Shown here one piece after another: positions 20,974 through 34,162 of a stretch of DNA of 64,000 nucleotides. The position numbers were made by a program, and so were the translations under genes. The stretch spans positions 56,854,001 through 56,918,000 of the forward strand of contig NW_027361684.1 in NCBI RefSeq assembly GCF_039654945.1. The letters are read 5' to 3'. The stretch is from Dendrobates tinctorius (lineage: Eukaryota). The notes beneath the pieces are model-generated. The model did no database searches. It was not told where the DNA came from and saw only the letters and a program-made list of their open reading frames with translations. How positions within the stretch are numbered: the stretch's first letter is position 1; each line of letters starts with the position of its first letter.

Positions 20974-21547
20974 TTAGGGATAGGACGCTTGCCATTTTTT
21001 TTTTTACATTTATTGATGGATATAAAATAGCTGTATAGAGTTGAGAAGCAGTTTTGTGTTCCATGTATGTCTCTTTTATTTCTGAAATTTGAATAGATTT
21101 AGAGCAGATTCTATTTTATTGCTTTTTGGGGGATTTAAGACGTAGAGAAAATTTACAGCATGAAACCAATAACAGGTAACCATGCTGCACTTTTCCTTCC
21201 TGTAAAATAACAGACACAACAAAAAAAACAGACAGAACTTATTTGCAGTTGGGTTTTTCTGTTGATATTTACTTCCATTATGTAACGGATTTGTTCTCCG
21301 CATGACTTTTTTTTCTCCATTTAAAAGACGGAAAAGAGAAAAAATAAAATCTAAAATGCAGGTGGGAACAGAGGCTTTTTTACCGGTTGAAAAAAAAAAA
21401 ACCTAGGTTCATCAAGTTCAACCTTTCTATTCATAAAATGTTTTTGTTTTCTGTCCTGCCCCTGATTCAAACTGTCTGAAAAAATGACCTTAATCATTCA
21501 AAAGAAAAAAAAAAAAACAACAAAATTATGCCCTTACAAGTTCCGAT

Positions 21548-21831
21548 TAGTGATGAGCAAGTGTGCCCATTACTCGAGATTTCCGAGCATGCTTGGGTGA
21601 TCTCTGAGTATTTTGGGTGTGCTCGGAGATTTAGTTTGTGTTGCCGCAGCTGCATGATTTGTGGCTGCTAGACAGCCTGAATACATCTGGATATTCCCTA
21701 ACAAACAGGCAACCCCCACATGTATTCAGGCTGTCTAGCAGCCACAAATCATGCAGCTGCGGCAACACAAACTAAATCTCTGAGCACTTCCAAATACTCT
21801 GAGAACACCCGAGCATACTCGCTCAATACTA
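21548..21831. mobile_element. Non-autonomous hAT MITE with termini related to the giant hAT
   Basis: TAGTGATGAGC...GCTCAATACTA termini, degenerate 8-bp TSD GTTCCGAT/CTTCCGAC, internal palindrome. Confidence 0.8.
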
Positions 21832-22764
21832 CTTCCGACAACCACAGGCATAGAAATAAAATTGTGTTGCATTGGAGAAAATGACCTAATGAACATTTTT
21901 AATTGCTACTAATATATGCCTAAACATACAATTTAGTGCAATTTGTATTTAGTAATAAACATACTTAGGATGTGTTAGAAAATACGGAATCTACCTTTTA
22001 TTTTATAGAACAGCTATATGTAAAGAGCTTCTGCTGCACTTCGATCCCGGTAGGAGTTTTTAATTGATATCAGTGCTCAGATTGAGAATTAGACGGCTGA
22101 AAAGGCTTTTATAATTAGCACTTGTTGTGATGAGACATAGTGGATGAGCAATCCCATATTACATAATCAAGTGGAGCACAGATTTCATAGAAAGCAATGA
22201 AAGGTCAAATGCTAGTTCTAATGAGGTAAATCAGCAGAACTGGGCAGCATCCAGTACCCAGCACATTGTACCTGACATTCTGGCAGGATAACGTTGTGTG
22301 GGGGGATCTGTAATCCTCGAATGTAGGAAGAATTACATACAAATTCTAACACAATAAACAAAAAGGGTTAGAACAAAGTCAGCAGCACATCTGTTACACT
22401 ACTGGGAATCCAAAGTAACATTTCCATCAAATCAGATTAATTGCAAAATGAACATTGCATAAAAATAACGCTCATTAGTATACAAGATCTCACATTAGAT
22501 AAATGAATTGTTTAGAATTACTCACCGAAGATGGTTCTCACAGTGTGCACCTATAAGTGGTGTCGCGTAGGTGCACCAGATCATTGCAATCTTTACAGGC
22601 TTATGAACAAGTAAGGACACCCCATTAGTGGTTTCTCGTGTCATGACGGTACTGGTCATGGGCCTTGCCTAGGAGAATAATTTCAGCTGTGCGATTATGG
22701 TGTGGCGTCTTTACTGCACAGTTCATTTCACCACTGTCCTCCACAGTATCTCAAATGGGACATA

Positions 22765-24357
22765 CAGTGCCTACAAGTAGTATTCAACCCCCTGCAGATT
22801 TAGCAGGTTTGATAAGATGCAAATAAGTTAGAGCCTTCAAACTTCACACAAGAGCAGGATTTATTAACAGATGCATAAATCTTACAAACCAAAAAGTTAT
22901 GTTGCTCAGTTAAATTTTAATCAATTTTAAACATAAAAGTGTGGGTCAATTATTATTCAACCCCTAGGTTTAATATTTTGTGGAATAACCCTTGTTTGCA
23001 ATTACAGCTAATAATCGTCTTTTATAAGACCTTATCAGGCCGGCACAGGTCTCTGGAGTTATCTTGGCCCACTCCTCCATGCAGATCTTCTCCAAGTTAT
23101 CTAGGTTCTTTGGGTGTCTCATGTGGACTTTAATCTTGAGCTCCTTCCACAAGTTTTCAATTGGGTTAAGGTCAGGAGACTGACTAGGCCACTCCAACAC
23201 CTTGATTTTTTCCCTCTTGAACCAGGCCTTAGTTTTCTTGGCTGTGTGCTTTGGGTCGTTGTCTTGTTGGAAGATGAAATGACGACCCATCTTAAGATCC
23301 TTGATGGAGGAGCGGAGGTTCTTGGCCAAAATCTCCAGGTAGGCCGTGCTATCCATCTTCCCATGGATGCAGACCAGATGGCCAGGCCCCTTGGCTGAGA
23401 AACAGCCCCACAGCATGATGCTGCCACCACCGTGCTTGACTGTAGGGATGGTATTCTTGGGGTCGTATGCAGTGCCATCCAGTCTCCAAACGTCACGTGT
23501 GTGTTTGGCACCAAAATCTCGATCTTGGTCTCATCAGACCAGAGAACCTTGAACCAGTCTGTCTCAGAGTCCTCCAAGTGATCATGAGCAAACTGTAGAC
23601 GAGCCTTGACATGACGCTTTGAAAGTAAAGGTACCTTACGGGCTCGTCTGGAACGGAGACCATTGCGGTGGAGTACGTTACTTATGGTATTGACTGAAAC
23701 CAATGTCCCCACTGCCATGAGATCTTCCCGGAGCTCCTTCCTTGTTGTCCTTGGGTTAGCCTTGACTCTTCGGACAAGCCTGGCCTCGGCACGGGAGGAA
23801 ACTTTCAAAGGCTGTCCAGTCCGTGGAAGGCTAACAGTAGTTCCATAAGCCTTCCACTTCCGGATGATGCTCCCAACAGTGGAGACAGGTAGGCCCAACT
23901 CCTTGGAAAGGGTTTTGTACCCCTTGCCAGCCTTGTGACCCTCCACGATCTTGTCTCTGATGGCCTTGGAATGCTCCTTTGTCTTTCCCATGTTGACGAT
24001 GTATGAGTGCTGTTCACAAGTTTGGGGAGGGTCTTAAATAGTCAGAAAAGGCTGGAAAAAAAGATAATTAATCCAAACTTATGAAGCTCATTGTTCTTTG
24101 TGCCTGAAATACTTCTTAATACTTTACGGGAACCAAACAGAATTCTGGTGGTTTGAGGGGTTGAATAATAAATGACCCTCTGAATAAACTTTTCACAATT
24201 TAAAAAAAAATTACACAAAGAAATAACATTCTTTTTTGCTGCAGTGCACTTCACACTTCCAGGCTGATCTACAGTCCAAATGTCACAATGCCAAGTTAAT
24301 TCCGAATGTGTAAACCTGCTAAATCTGCAGGGGGTTGAATACTACTTGTAGGCACTG
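22765..24357 (-). mobile_element. Tc1-family transposon, full length and young
   Basis: TA TSDs, identical 46-bp TIR CAGTGCCTACAAGTAGTATTCAACCCCCTGCAGATTTAGCAGGTTT, and inner direct repeats (TATTCAACCCCT) about 190 bp inside each end. Confidence 0.97.
22970..23991 (-). pseudogene. Tc1 DD34E transposase with a single frameshift near 23515
   Basis: Paired-like HTH N-terminus (MGKTKEHSKAIRDKIV) and WSDETK in one frame; QQDNDPKH and [11 protein letters not shown] in the next frame. Confidence 0.93.
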
Positions 24358-24839
24358 TAGATCTGGTCTTTGACTAGGCCATTCAATAACCCTTGAAATC
24401 TTTTTAATCTTAGATTTAGTCTCTATTCACACTGTAATCAGAGAAGCCATTGGCAATGGTTGCAACAGTATTACTGACATCAAAACATCTGCCCCACTTG
24501 TAAGTCAATGAGGTCCTTCAGATACCAATGGGATCCATCATATAAATGAATTAATTTTGTAGGAGTGGAAGCTCTATAGTTCTGTGAAGGCTTACCGGTA
24601 TGTTTATGGCGACTGTCACAGGCCAGTTTCAGGAAGGTTTCAGACAGATGCATTTTAGTATTTAGTGTAACCTTTATAGGGGTGCTCCCTTCTCTAATAC
24701 GTACTGTGTACAGGGCAGGGGCCAGAGATGGATAGAATTACGGAATCAGAAGAGCAGGCAGTGTTACATCTAATATAGTGAAGGGTATAGTTTTGCACAG
24801 CCAACTAGTTTCCAGAGTCCCGGCCACCTCTGCCTGCTA

Positions 24840-25611
24840 TGTAGAAGGGAGGATCGGGCTGCCAGGGCTGCTGAAGTGCCGGGTCCAGAACTGCTGTGGC
24901 CGCAACTTCTGTTGCTGGAGGGAATGCAATTGCAACTGGAGCGAGCCGGTAACCTGAGTGAAGGGGGAGTGGCCAGAGTCAATAAGTAAAAAGGGGCTGC
25001 ACGGGAAAGGGAGAGGTCTTCCCACCAAAACATTGAGCAGGTGCGAATCGCAGCCGCAGTGACGGGAACGTTAGGCCGCAGTATGCAGGCACGGGGCAGC
25101 TGCGTGAGAGACTTACTGATATTAGCGGCGCGGAGGGTAATGCGCTCCAGGCAGAGCATCACAGCGTGGACAACCGGGTGTTGGCTGGCACACCGAGCAG
25201 AGCGGCCATTCAGGTGACGGCAGCTGCTCAGAAAGACACGTGCCGAGTGGAATCTTGTGGAGAGCTCTACCCTTTCGCTCCGCAGTTAAATGGACTAGGG
25301 GCTCAGTGGGCAAAACAGGAGACTGCCCGCTGCTGCCAGAAGCAGGACCGTGTGTTGGGCGACAACGCCTGAACACGCTGCATCGAACATCGCCAGCATT
25401 CTACTACCCACAAGACCTTCAGAGAGTGATGGGCTGCGGAGACAAGATAAGTGAAACTGTTATAAAAAGACTGTCTAGTTAAACAACCATTATTCATTTA
25501 GTTTTCTTTTTGTACCCCTTTTCCCCTGCTACCTCCTTGCGAGGAGTTCATTGCTGTTAATCCCTGATCTGCAACATTTGTGTTACTCCATCCCAGCACC
25601 TGCATATTACA
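24840..25611 (+). repeat. 5' LTR
   Basis: TGTAGAAGGGAGGA...CCTGCATATTACA, homologous to 30803-31584 with substantial divergence. Confidence 0.92.
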
Positions 25612-25613
25612 TT

Positions 25614-25630
25614 TGGCGTAGTCGGCAGGA
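25614..25630 (+). promoter_or_regulatory. Primer-binding site complementary to the tRNA-Ser 3' end
   Basis: TGGCGTAGTCGGCAGGA is the reverse complement of ...UCCUGCCGACUACGCCA and lies 2 nt after the LTR. Confidence 0.85.
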
Positions 25631-25649
25631 CGCAGCATACCAGTCCACC

Positions 25650-28600
25650 ATGGGTGCCCTCAGGTCCAGTTTGCCGTTGAGAGCAATGCTTAGTAACTTC
25701 CCAAAATTCATGGGAGATAACATGATGTTGTGAGATTGGACCAAAGGGCTCAAGAGCATGCTGCATGTGCACCACATGACCCCTGCGCTTCAGGCGGAGA
25801 TAGCGTTAATGGACCTAGACTGAGAGGCCCGGTGTACCGCGATGTTCCGCCCTCCACATGAGGGTGATACATTGGAGAAGGTGGTACAAGTTTTGGAAGA
25901 GATGCACAGGGACCCCACAAACGGAGAGTTGCGCATGCGTTTATTTGGTCGCGTTCACCGAGAAGGGGAGACGGTGATGCAATATATCAACGCATTGCAG
26001 GAGGTGCACGTGCACATTGCTAAAAGGGAATATGTAGTGACTATGGGAGTGAGGCCCCCTGATAGAATTTTGAGGAATCAATTTGTGTCAGGTCTTAGGG
26101 ATGCAAAGCTGAAACAGGCATTGCGAAAACGCTTGCGCACTAGCTCACACATGACTTTCTTAGAGATGGGGCGGAGGCGCACATTAGAGAGCAGGAACAG
26201 AGGGTGACGGCCCTGGCAGGGATGGCCCGTAGCAATGAAGTGCCTACTCCGCCTGCAGTAGAGCCGAAGTGGGCTCAAGAGATTCGGAAAGAGATACAAG
26301 AGATGAGGAAAGAATGGTCCAGTCTCCGGAGAGATTCCGTTCCAGCTCAAGAGCCACTGAGAGAAGACCCCTCAACCAGAGACAGAAAACATACAGGATC
26401 ATGCCTTGCTACTGGACCCAGTTAGGGAGTGAGACCCCTTGGTGCCGAAGGGGGGGGGCTGTGTTTTAAATGCAGGAAGACAGGACACTATACTAGAAGC
26501 TGTGCGAGCCGGAGACGGCCCCCACCAAGGCAACCCTTAAACTAATGGGCTCCGTGGCTGGGGGACGCAACCCGGAGCCGGGAAGACGGTGAAAGGGGGA
26601 AGTAAGACCCGAAAATATAGTTTCTGCGAGACCTACAATCTGGGCCAAAGTGAATGGACGAGCTGTTCACTGCTTTATCGACACCGGGTCACAAGTGACT
26701 ACTCTGCTGGAAACCTACTTCAGACGACACTTTCCACAGGTTTTGCGGCCCGAATAGGGACCAGTAAATCAGATTAACCGTGGCCATTCAGTTGTCCATT
26801 CTGGTCGCTGGAGTGGTCTAGATGGAGATTAAAGTATGCGGGAAGGATGTAGGCCACAATGGGGATGTGTTGGTCGCAGGAGATGCCGGTCGTGGACCCA
26901 TAATGACTCTGGGAATGAATGTGCTGAGGGAGATGGGACAATTTTTGATTAGTGAGCCGCAAAAAACTTTCTTGAATCAATGGAGTCCACGAACCTCGCA
27001 ATGGAAGGTGTTCCAGAGGTTAATCCGAACAGCTCAGGCCCAGGAGATGGAAGAGTCTTGGGGAAAGTGATGATACCAGCGGCTGCAAAGACTAAGTTAC
27101 CGCCTGACCAGACAATGCTCACATTGCCAGTGCGAGACTGTACTCCCCTAGAGGGAGTGGAAGTGCAAATTGAACCCACTGCGACAGATCACATACCCCC
27201 TGGATTGCTCATCACTCGGACACTAGCCACATTTCAAGACTGCAACATTGTAGTGCGGTGTGTCAACCTGGGGACTGAAAGTCTCACCCTTTTACCCAAG
27301 AGTGAAGTGGCCCAAATCCTGGGTATGCCAGAGAAGCTAATGCCACCCAAAGTAGTTGTTGTGCGAGGGGATCCCTGAACTCTAGCAGTTACAGCAACAC
27401 CGGAGACCCCCTCTGGTAGCAAGAAAGAGGGTGGTAGGATCTTGGAGCGGATGCGGGCGGAACTGACAGGACTTTCACCTGAGCAAGTTCAGCAAGCAGA
27501 GAACGTACTGGAGCATTATGAGGAGGTTTTTGCCCGCCATGAAGAGGACTTTGGCTGCACTCAGACCGTCGCTCACGAAATTCCTACCGGGAATGCAGCA
27601 CCAATGAGAGAAAGATAACATTAATTACCCCCTCAGATGTATAAAGAGGTGAAGAAGTTGCTGGTTCATATGCTGCCACGTGGGGTGATACAAGAGAGTT
27701 AGAGTCCGTGGGCAGCCCCCATTGCGCTGGTTCGAACGAAAGATGGAACTCTGCGGTTCTACAGTATGTCGATTATAGGTGGCTGACCGCCTGCACCGTG
27801 TAAGACTCTTATCCGTTGCTCCAAATTGAAGAATCCCTCTCTGCCTTAGGATGGACAAAGTATTTTTCCACCCTTGATCTGGCCAGTGGGTACTGGAAGG
27901 TTCCAATGGCATAACACGACCGGCTGAAAACAGCATTTGTATTGCCCATGGGACTATTCTAGTTCAATCGCATGCCCTTTGGCCTGACTAATGCCCCAGG
28001 GACATTCCAGCACTTTATGGAGAGATGTTTGGGAGATTTGAATTTTGAGGCTACCTTGATGATATCATAGTCTATATGCACACCTTTGAAGAGCACCTAC
28101 AGCGGCTCAAACAAGTGCTGAGCCGGTTACAGAGTCATGGCCTGAAGGTGAAGCCACAGAAATGCCATCTCTTCCGTAAGCAAATTGAGTATTTGGGGCA
28201 TATTGTGTCTATTGAAGGGGTAAGACCTGCACAAGAGAAAGTGGCGGTGGCACAAGAATGTCCCACCCCTATGACAGTGAAAGATGTACAGGCTTTCTTA
28301 GGGCTTACCAGCTACTATCGAAGATTTGTGAAAAACTTCACTTGTATAGTGAACCCTTTGTTGGAACTGTTCAAGGGAGTGTCAGCTGGCGTGAAGAACC
28401 GAACCATCCAGTGGGGAGATGTCAAGAGGACACCTTTCGGGTCTTGAAAATGGCACTCACCGAGGCTCTCATACTTGCTAATGCCGATTTTTCACAGCCA
28501 TTCATTCTTCACACTGACGGAAGTCTATACGGCCTGGGAGCAGTCCTGTTGCAGGTGCAAGGAAGAAAAGAATGGGTGATAGCCTACGTGAGCCAGTCTC

Positions 28601-30270
28601 TGAATGACTCAGAGTGAAACCCAGATGACTATAGCTCTTTCAAGTTGAAGCTGCTGGCCAGGCCCTGGTATGGGCCATGACTGGGAAGTTTGTTGAGTTC
28701 CTATCCAGATCGGAGGTTCTGCTGAGGACGGATAACAATCCCTTAGCCCACCTCGAGAATGAAAAGCTAGGAGCCCTGGAGCAATGGTGGGTGGCCTGCA
28801 TGGCAAAATATCAGTACAAGACTGCCTACCAGGCCAAGGCCGAGAATACGCATGCAGACACCCTCTCCAGAGTGACACATGAATGTCATGGCCGTGATAG
28901 AGATGAAGAGCTCTGCTGGAAGCAGAGGAGATTTCTGGATTCCGGAACCTGTTCACCTCGTTGGTGGCGATGCAGGGACAGCTCGAATAACGGTCTGAAG
29001 AACAGGTGCTAGGGCGGTCTCGGCATGACTGGATCCACTCCAGCAGATGGACAAGGAGACTTCTCAGCTGCGATACTGGGTGGTGTGGAAGCAACTCCCT
29101 AGTCGGAGGGAGAGGAATGTGCTGTCCTCAGGCGATCTGCAAATTCTGGGACAATGGGAAAGACTCTGCTTGAGAGACAGAATGTGTTGTATGGGAAAGT
29201 GCAGCTGTTGCAAGAAGAGGGAGTCACTTGGCAAGTAGTGCTCCCAGAGAAGTCGATCAAGATGGTGGCCAGCGAGGCTCATGAGCGAAGGGCTCACTTC
29301 GGTGAAGAAAAAACATTCTGGTGGCTACAGAGATTGGTGTATCACCCACGACTGAGGAATGCGGTGGAAGATGCTTGCTAACAATGCAGAAACTATGAGC
29401 TGGCTAAGACCCAAGAACAGCGGGCTCCAACATAGACCATTGTGACTTATGCCCCTTTGGAAATCTTGATGATCGACTACCTGACTGTAGGACCAGTGCA
29501 CCTTCGCTATGAACATTGTCTGGTGATGAAGGACCACTTCACCAAGTTTGCTCTGGTAACTCCAACTAGAGATCAGACCGCCGAATCAGCCGCACAGGCC
29601 ATTTCTCAAGATTTCTTCCGCGTGTACAGCTGCCCAAAAAGGATCCACTCAGATCAAGGCGCCTGCTTCCAAGGGCGAGTTATGGAATAACTCCACTGTT
29701 TGTACCGGATTGAGAAGTCTAGTAGAACTACTCACTATCACCCTCAAGGGAATGGGGCCTGTGAATGCTTCAATCGAACCTTGATCCAGATGTTAGGCAC
29801 TTTGGAAGAAGACTGAAAGATACGGTGGCCTGAGTTTGTGGCAGAACTGGTGTGGGTGTACAATAATCGAGTGCACAGCATGACAGGGTTCACGCCGTAC
29901 AGCTTGTTGTTCGGGCGAAAAGGATGAGAGATTACAGAGCTGGACCCGGAGGAGGACTACCTATGGACGGGGATGTCCTCTTGGGTTAAGGAACAGCGGC
30001 ACTGATTGCAGACTTTCCGTCGACTGGTGCAGACGATGTTTTAGGAACCTAAGCACCATGAAGCGCCACCTACTCGCAGACAGCTCTGAAACCCGAGGAC
30101 GGGGTTTTGGTCCGGAATAAGCAGCCCAGGGGGAAATTGGAAAGATGATGGGAGAGGGCTACACACCGAGTGACATGACGGGTTGGCCCCGATGGGCCGG
30201 TTTAAGAAGTTCAGCCTGAACAGGAGGACTGAGCACCCACTAGAGTAGTCTATTGTAGCATGTTGAGGCC
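25650..30270 (+). pseudogene. Gypsy gag-pol, multiply frameshifted and stopped
   Basis: CCHC knuckle CFKCRKTGHYTRSC (about 26460), protease IDTGSQVT (about 26675), RT LDLASGYW and MPFGLTNAPGTFQ, RNase H HTDGS/TDNNPL, integrase IHSDQG and YHPQGNG. Confidence 0.9.
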
Positions 30271-30802
30271 CTACTTGTCCAAAGAACCCAAAAGTGGAGA
30301 AGAGTTGCCAAAAACCGGGGAGCTGCCCCCAGCTTCGGTTCCTGACTTTGATGGAGAGGAGGTAGTGTTAGCTCCATGCTCAAACTCTAATGATGTGCCA
30401 CCTACCCTTCCTGAAGAGATGAACACTGAGTCACCAATGCTGGAAGTTGCTAAAGCGGCAGACTCACCAGGTCAGAGCATTCCTTTACCGCCCACGAGTC
30501 AGCCCGAATTACGCCAGTCAGAGCGAACCACAGCTGGAGTGCCTCCCGCCTGCTATAATCAAGATCAGTTTATTTGGCAGAGAATTATCCAAGAAGTCGA
30601 GAATTGTGAACGACTAGTGAGAGTTCTCGCCCGGTTTTCCTGCCAGAACGCTGAGCAGGCGCGGATTTTTCATTTTAGGGCGCACACAGACTGCCATATT
30701 TCTCATGCGAGGATCATATGGCACTACTCAGACTGACCGTCAAATTCCAGACCCGAGAAAGAGATCTCACCCGTGGAATGGTGACCTAAACGAAGGCGGG
30801 AG

Positions 30803-31584
30803 TGTAGAAGGGAGGACTGGGCTGCCAGGGCTACTAAAGTGCCGGGTCCGGAACTGCTGGAACCGCAACTCCTGCTGCTGGAGGGAATGCAACTGCAGCC
30901 GGAGCGAGCTGATAACCTGGGTGAAGGGAGTCAGTAAGCCAAAAGGTGCTGCGCAGTAAAGGGAGAGGTCTTCCCGCCAGAAAGCTGAGCAGGTGCGGAT
31001 TGCAACCGCAGTTATGGTATGTTAGGCCATAGCGTGCATTGACAGGGCGGCTGCGTGAGAGACTTACTGAGATCAGCGGGCATGCAGGTAACGCGCGCCA
31101 TGCAGAGCATCGCATCACGGACATCCGGGTGTTGGCTGGCACTTAGAGGAACGCATGCCGAGCAGAGCAGACATTCAGGTGAAGGCAGCTGCTCAGAGAG
31201 ACACATGCCAAGTAGAACCTTGCGGAGTGCTCTACCCTTTTGCTCTGCAGTTAAATGGACTAGGGTCTCAGGAGACAAAACCGGAGACCACCCACTGCCG
31301 CCAGAAGCAGGACTATGTATTGGGCGAGGACGCTTAAACACGCTGCACCGACCATTGCCGGCATTCTACTACCCACAGGATCTTCAGAGAGTGATGGGCT
31401 GCGGAGCCACGATAAGTGAAACTGTTATAAAAAAGACTGTCTAGTTAAACAACTGTTATTCAGTTTAGTATTCTTTTTATACCCCTTTTTCCCCTATCTC
31501 CCTGCGAGTTCTTTGCTGTTAAATAATTAAATATAGTTGTTCTGCAGAATTTGTGTTACTGCATCCCAGCACCTGCATTTTACA
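30803..31584 (+). repeat. 3' LTR
   Basis: TGTAGAAGGGAGGA...CCTGCATTTTACA, followed by the TSD GCTA. Confidence 0.92.
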
Positions 31585-32266
31585 GCTACACATATGGCAA
31601 AATATGGCTGAGAGTGGGAATATCCCATTTAGAAAACTTTAATATTGAGATATATATATTAAAAAGAAAATATATTAGACTAATAATGTTCAACACATAC
31701 TGAGAAAAGATTCCAGACCAGCACAGTCATTACTTGGAGCATTCAGCGTGCTCTCTCATCTCTCTAGCTCAGAACATAACTTGGGAAGCTGAGGCTCTGA
31801 ACATTTCCCTCCTTCTGTCATCCTTTTAAAGCCAGATCCTCAATGATAAGCACTAAGTAACTGGTAATATACATAAAATGTACTTTATAAAACTACTCCT
31901 TGGCTTGTATCCCGCTAAAGATGACTCATAGTACACAGGACTAATAAGATATTATACATGGCTTACTTCCATCACTGCTTGGCAAAAGCCAGTGGAATTT
32001 CAACATTTATCCTGCCAAAGTTACTGTACTGTATACAGTGAGTACAGAAAGTATTCAGACCCCTTTAAATTTTTCACTCTTTGTTTCATTACAGCCATTT
32101 GGTAAATTCAAAAAAGTTCATTTTTTTTCATTAATGTACACTCTGCAACCCATCTTGACTGAAAAAAATACAAAAATGTAGAAATTTTTGCAAATTTATT
32201 AAAAAAGAAAAACTGAAATTTCACATGGTCATAAGTATTCAGACCCTTTGCTAAGACACTCATTTA

Positions 32267-32990
32267 CCGTATTTTTCGGATTATAAGACGTTCCAGATGA
32301 TAAGAAGCACCCCAAATTTTGAGAAGAAAAATAGGAAAAAACATTTTTTTTAATAAAATGGTGGTGCTTCTTATAATCCATGCGTTTTATTGCTTACTGG
32401 GGGGTGGTGGCTGCAGTGAAGCGAGGTCCCAGGGTCGATGCTGGAGGAGGAAGGAGTGGGGTGATGCTGCAGGCCGCACGCTGGGATGAGGGGGTGTCCG
32501 ATGCGTAGTGCAGTGCTGCGGGTGCCCGGCGCTGGTGCGGGGGTCTCTGGCGCTGCTGTGGGGGGCTCTGCCAACATTTTTTGAAAGGCCAGAGCACCCC
32601 AACGCCCCCGCAGTTCCGTGGTTTCCTGTGCGGTGGACTCCGGGAAAATGGCCACCTGGGGGCGGCGCATGCGCAGATGGAGATCTCGGCATCTAGCGCT
32701 GAAATCTCATCTCCCGAGACCTTGATGTCGAGATCTCCATCTGCGCATGTGACGCCCCCCGGCAGCTATTTTCCAGGAGTCCACCGCACAGGAAACCACA
32801 GAACTGCGGGGGGCTCTAGCCTTTCACAGGATGTCGGCAGAGCCCCCCGCACCGTCGGAGACCCCAGCAGCACCGCCGGGCACCCCCTCATCCCAGCCTG
32901 CAGTATCGGTACCAGTAAGGTATATACGCATTATAAGACGCACCCCCATTTCCCCCCCAAACTTGGGGGAAAAAAAGTGCGTCTTGTAAG
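32267..32990. mobile_element. CCGTA-terminal (pogo/Tc2-like) MITE nested in the Tc1, right end truncated
   Basis: TA|CCGTATTTTTCGGATTATAAGACG start, internal palindrome centred near 32700, ends GTGCGTCTTGTAAG without a terminal TACGG. Confidence 0.75.
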
Positions 32991-33152
32991 TAAAATGCTG
33001 TCCATTTACTTGTGATCCTCCTTGAGATGGTTCTACTCCTTCAGTGGAGTCCAGCTGGGTTTCATTAAACTGATAGGACTTGACCTTTAAAGGCACACAC
33101 CTGTCTATATAAGACCGCACAGCTCACAGTGCATGTCAGACCAAACGAGAAT

Positions 33153-34162
33153 CATGAGATCAAAGGAACTGGCCAATGAGCTCATAGACAGAATTGTGGC
33201 AAGGCACACATCTGGCCAAGGTTACAAAAGAATTTCTGCAGTACTCAAGGTTCCTAAGAGCACAGTGGCCTCTATTATCCTTAAATGGAAGAAGTTTGGG
33301 ACCACCAGAAGTCTTCCTACACCTGGCGGTCCAGCCAAATTGAGCAATCGTGGGAGAAGAGTCTTGGTGAGAGAGGTAAATAAGAACCCCAAGATCACTG
33401 TGGCTGAGCTCCACAGATGCAGTAGGGAGATGGGAGAAAGTTCCACAAAGTCAACTATCACTGCAGCACTCCACCAGTTGGGCCTTTATGGCAGAATGGC
33501 CCGACAGAAGCCTTTCCTCAGTGCAAGATATATGAAAGCCCGCATAGAGTTTGCTAAAAAACACATGAAGGACTCCCAGACTTTGAGAAATAAGATTCTC
33601 TGGTCTGATGAGACAAAGATAGAATTTTTGGTTATAATTCTAAGTGGTATGTGTGGAGAAAACCAGGCACTGCTCATCACATGCCCAATACAATCCCAAC
33701 AGTAAAACACATTGGTGGCTGCATCATGCTATGGGGGTGTTTTTCAGCTGCCGGGATGGGACGACTGGTTGCCATTGAAGGAAACATGAATGTGGCCAAG
33801 TACAGAGATATCCTGGATGAAAACCTCTTCCAGAGTGCTCTGGACCTCAGACTTAGCCAAAAGTTCACCTTCCAACAAGACAATGACCCTAAGCACACGG
33901 CTAAGATAACAAAGGAGTGGTTTCAGAACAACTCTGTGACCATTCTTGACTGGTCCAGCCAGAGCCCAGACCTAAATCCAATTGAGCGTCTAAGGAGAGA
34001 CCTGAAAATGGCTATCCAACATCCAACCTGACGGAACTGGAGAGGGTCTGGAAGGAAGAATAGCAGAGGATCCCCAAATCCAGGTGTGAAAAACTTTTTG
34101 CATCATTCCCAAGACGACTCATGGCTGTACTAGCTCAAAAGGGTGCTTCTACTCAATACTGA
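33153..34162 (+). pseudogene. Tc1 transposase pseudogene
   Basis: MRSKEL...WSDETKIE, then QQDNDPKH and SPDLNPIE. Frameshifts near 33630 and 34020, stop near 34061. Confidence 0.9.

Larger units (their letters stand above)
24840..31584 (+). mobile_element. Full-length decayed Ty3/Gypsy LTR retrotransposon
   Basis: LTRs 24840-25611 and 30803-31584 (TG...CA), 4-bp TSD GCTA on both sides, PBS, polypurine tract at 30788-30802, domain order gag-PR-RT-RH-IN. Confidence 0.95.

Noticed and set aside
24770-25500. Short ORFs in the LTRs and palindromic MITEs
   Set aside because: They are chance frames in GC-rich repeats, mirrored on both strands, with no recognisable domains.
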